NCBI RefSeq assembly: GCF_036321535.1
Contig: NC_087437.1
Location: forward strand, 90,150,001-90,214,000
Direction of reading: 5' to 3'
DNA length: 64,000 bases
Source: Camelus dromedarius
Lineage: Eukaryota
Both the position numbers and the translations under genes were made by a program. Of this stretch, positions 61,851 through 64,000 are shown one piece after another (within the stretch, counting starts at the first letter, position 1; each line of letters starts with the position of its first letter). A model generated the notes under the pieces. The model was not told the DNA's origin, did not search any database, and saw only the letters and a list, made by a program, of their open reading frames with translations.

Positions 61851-62673
61851 GGTGGTAAAGAAAAATATCGACTAAAAGGAATCCTATTTCTCTCTCTCTA
61901 CTCACAACATTTCTGACACCAAGTATGTGTGTTCTTCTCTCATACCAACCAACTCTCCAACTCTTGGGACACTATCAATTTGGTGTCTGACAATTCAGTT
62001 CTGGAACTAATTATCCAGAGTTAGCACAGAACCCCTCAGGTTAAGGGCCAAGTCCCACAAGCCTGCCTCGCATTTCAGATGTCAGTCATAGGTCTGGGTC
62101 TCCTGAACTTTTGACTGACTCGCTATAAACCATAGGTTGCCATGACCCCTTCTTTGGGGTGGATAATTTGCTATAAGAGGCCACAGAACTCAGAAAAGCA
62201 CTGTACTTACTATTAGCAGTTTATTATATAGAATATAATTCAGGAACCACTAAATAGAAAAACACACATATGGCAATGAAGTGGTAAGGGGTGTGGAGTT
62301 TCCATGCCCTCCAAGAGAATCAGCCTCTCAACGGAAGGTATTCAACAACCTGGAAGCTCTCCAAATCTCTTCATTTAGGGTTTTTGTGGAGTTCCTGTTA
62401 CGTAGGCATGACTGATTAAATCTTTAGCTATTGATGATTGACTTGATGCCTAGTCCATCTTCCATCCTTGGGTCTAAAAATGTGAACCCTCCAATCATGT
62501 GGTTGGTTCCTCTGGCATTTCACCTGCTTAGCACAAGCAGGTGAAAGGGGCTAGTTATTAATAGCAAAAGATGCTCCTATTACCCCTACCATGCAGGAAA
62601 TTCTAAGGATTTTAGAAGCTTTATACCAGGAACCTGGAACAAAGACTAAATAGATATTTCTTACTAAATCACA
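61851..62673 (-). mobile_element. MER21-family LTR
   Basis: Motifs 'acaacatttctgacaccaag', 'ccagagttagcacagaacccctcaggttaagggccaagtcccacaag' and 'acgtaggcatgactgattaaatc', with end 'ccaggaacctggaacaaagactaaatagatatttcttactaaatcaca' (reverse complement of the MER21 5' end). Left boundary approximate. Confidence 0.88.
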
Positions 62674-64000
62674 GGTAGAGATTGCATCAGATTTCAGAGT
62701 GAGTGACAAGTGAAGAAAGCAAGTACAAACAACTTTTCAAGAATATCCAGGCTATGGGGAATCAGGATTAGAAAGGCTAAGAAAGCTGAAATAAAAAGGG
62801 AAAATTGCTTTGTTGGATGTGTATGAAGTGTTAAAATGGGCAGGACCAATCCATAGACTTGGAGAAACTCAGGCAGAGATAAATCATCAGAATGAGAGAA
62901 CAATAATAGTTGTTCTTGGAGTCAATATTGATTGTTACTGTTTTCTCAAAGTGTCTGGATATGCAAGGGATTTCTTTTTTTTTTTTTCAGGATTAGTCTT
63001 CATTGGACAAGTTTGAACTTCTTATCCCATCCAACAGCTTCTTGCCTCTGTTCTAATGTGGGCTTCATCTGAATTTCCACATCATCATAATGGGTCTCAA
63101 TGATTTGTCTTGGAGGCTACTTTTAAGAGCTCTGTTTAAAGATAGAGATTTCTTTATAAAGGAAAGGAATAAAGGAAAAACTTAAAAAAACAGAACAAAA
63201 CAACTAAAGATGTCATTTACAGAACAGAAACCAATATACTATTTTCCCCATTATTTTTGCATACTTATTTATTTACACTTTCAGAATGGACATTTCTACT
63301 AACAATTTCCTGAGCCTGGTGACAATTCACAGGCGAGGGATTGTGGCATTATGAGCAAATACTTTGTGTCATCAGGCTGCCAACAGGTAAAAATGAAACA
63401 CTTTTCACCAAAGGTGTAGACTCCTTGTGAGGAGCACTACAGACTGTGAATTAGAAAGCATTCCTCTACATAAGATGCATGTTCAAGTGCAGAGCTTGAA
63501 ACCCTTGCCTTGAGTTTTGCGTGGAAGATGAAGACATGATTGAAAGATGACAACAACTAAAATGACATCTTGAGGGAAAAAGAACAGGACCCGCTTTCTA
63601 AAACATAAGAGGCAAACAAAACTGGCTACTTTAGAGAGTGATTTTTTTTTCACATAATATTGAATAATATTATCATATAATTACTGAGATTCATAAACTT
63701 GATGGAAGACATTTATATTATATTGCAACTATTAAGTATTTTGGAATGTGCTTTGACTCTTAGATAAATTAGTTGTTTCCATAAAGCAATATTTAACTCT
63801 AGATGGAATTTATTATACAATTCTTGATATTTCTGTTCACTGGGCATATATATGTAAATAATATTTTAAGCATGGGAAAAACTTACAGATTCTAGTTTAT
63901 CAAATCATGCATATGATTTAGGATAAATGCTTTATATAAAATACTGCTTCATACTATAAGTGTGAAAAATATAACAGGAATACACATTATTTGGTGTAAA

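Noticed and set aside
1..64000. Novel multi-gene system, endogenous viral coding element, CRISPR array or prokaryotic operon
   Set aside because: No gag/pol/env or other viral ORF remnants recognised (all LTRs are solo), no repeat-spacer array, and no gene-dense coding sequence.

Overview
AT-rich mammalian genomic DNA, most likely camelid (alpaca, llama or camel), judged from a 5'-truncated camelid-type tRNA-derived SINE at 18.4 kb and three copies of one cetartiodactyl/camelid-type L1 3' end. I recognise no intact host protein-coding gene, RNA gene, CRISPR array or prokaryotic system; the window reads as deep intron or gene desert. The only ORFs with a recognisable product are decayed LINE-1 ORF2 pieces (12.3-13.7 kb). 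The rest is a fossil record of transposons: a TSD-bounded truncated L1, older L1M pieces, many L2 and MIR fragments, two solo ERV1-type LTRs, MLT1/MLT2/MER21 LTRs, and MER20/MER5 DNA elements. Repeat-poor stretches between them look regulatory. The most interesting sequence-level signals are a ~126-bp twin-primed (5'-inverted) L1 with TSDs and junction microhomology, several plus-strand exon-like units that could belong to an unannotated spliced non-coding transcript, a few inverted repeats that may come from template switching, and candidate CTCF sites. Repeat family names come from recalled consensus motifs, not from a search, and boundaries of ancient repeats are approximate. I found no convincing evidence for a new biological system.
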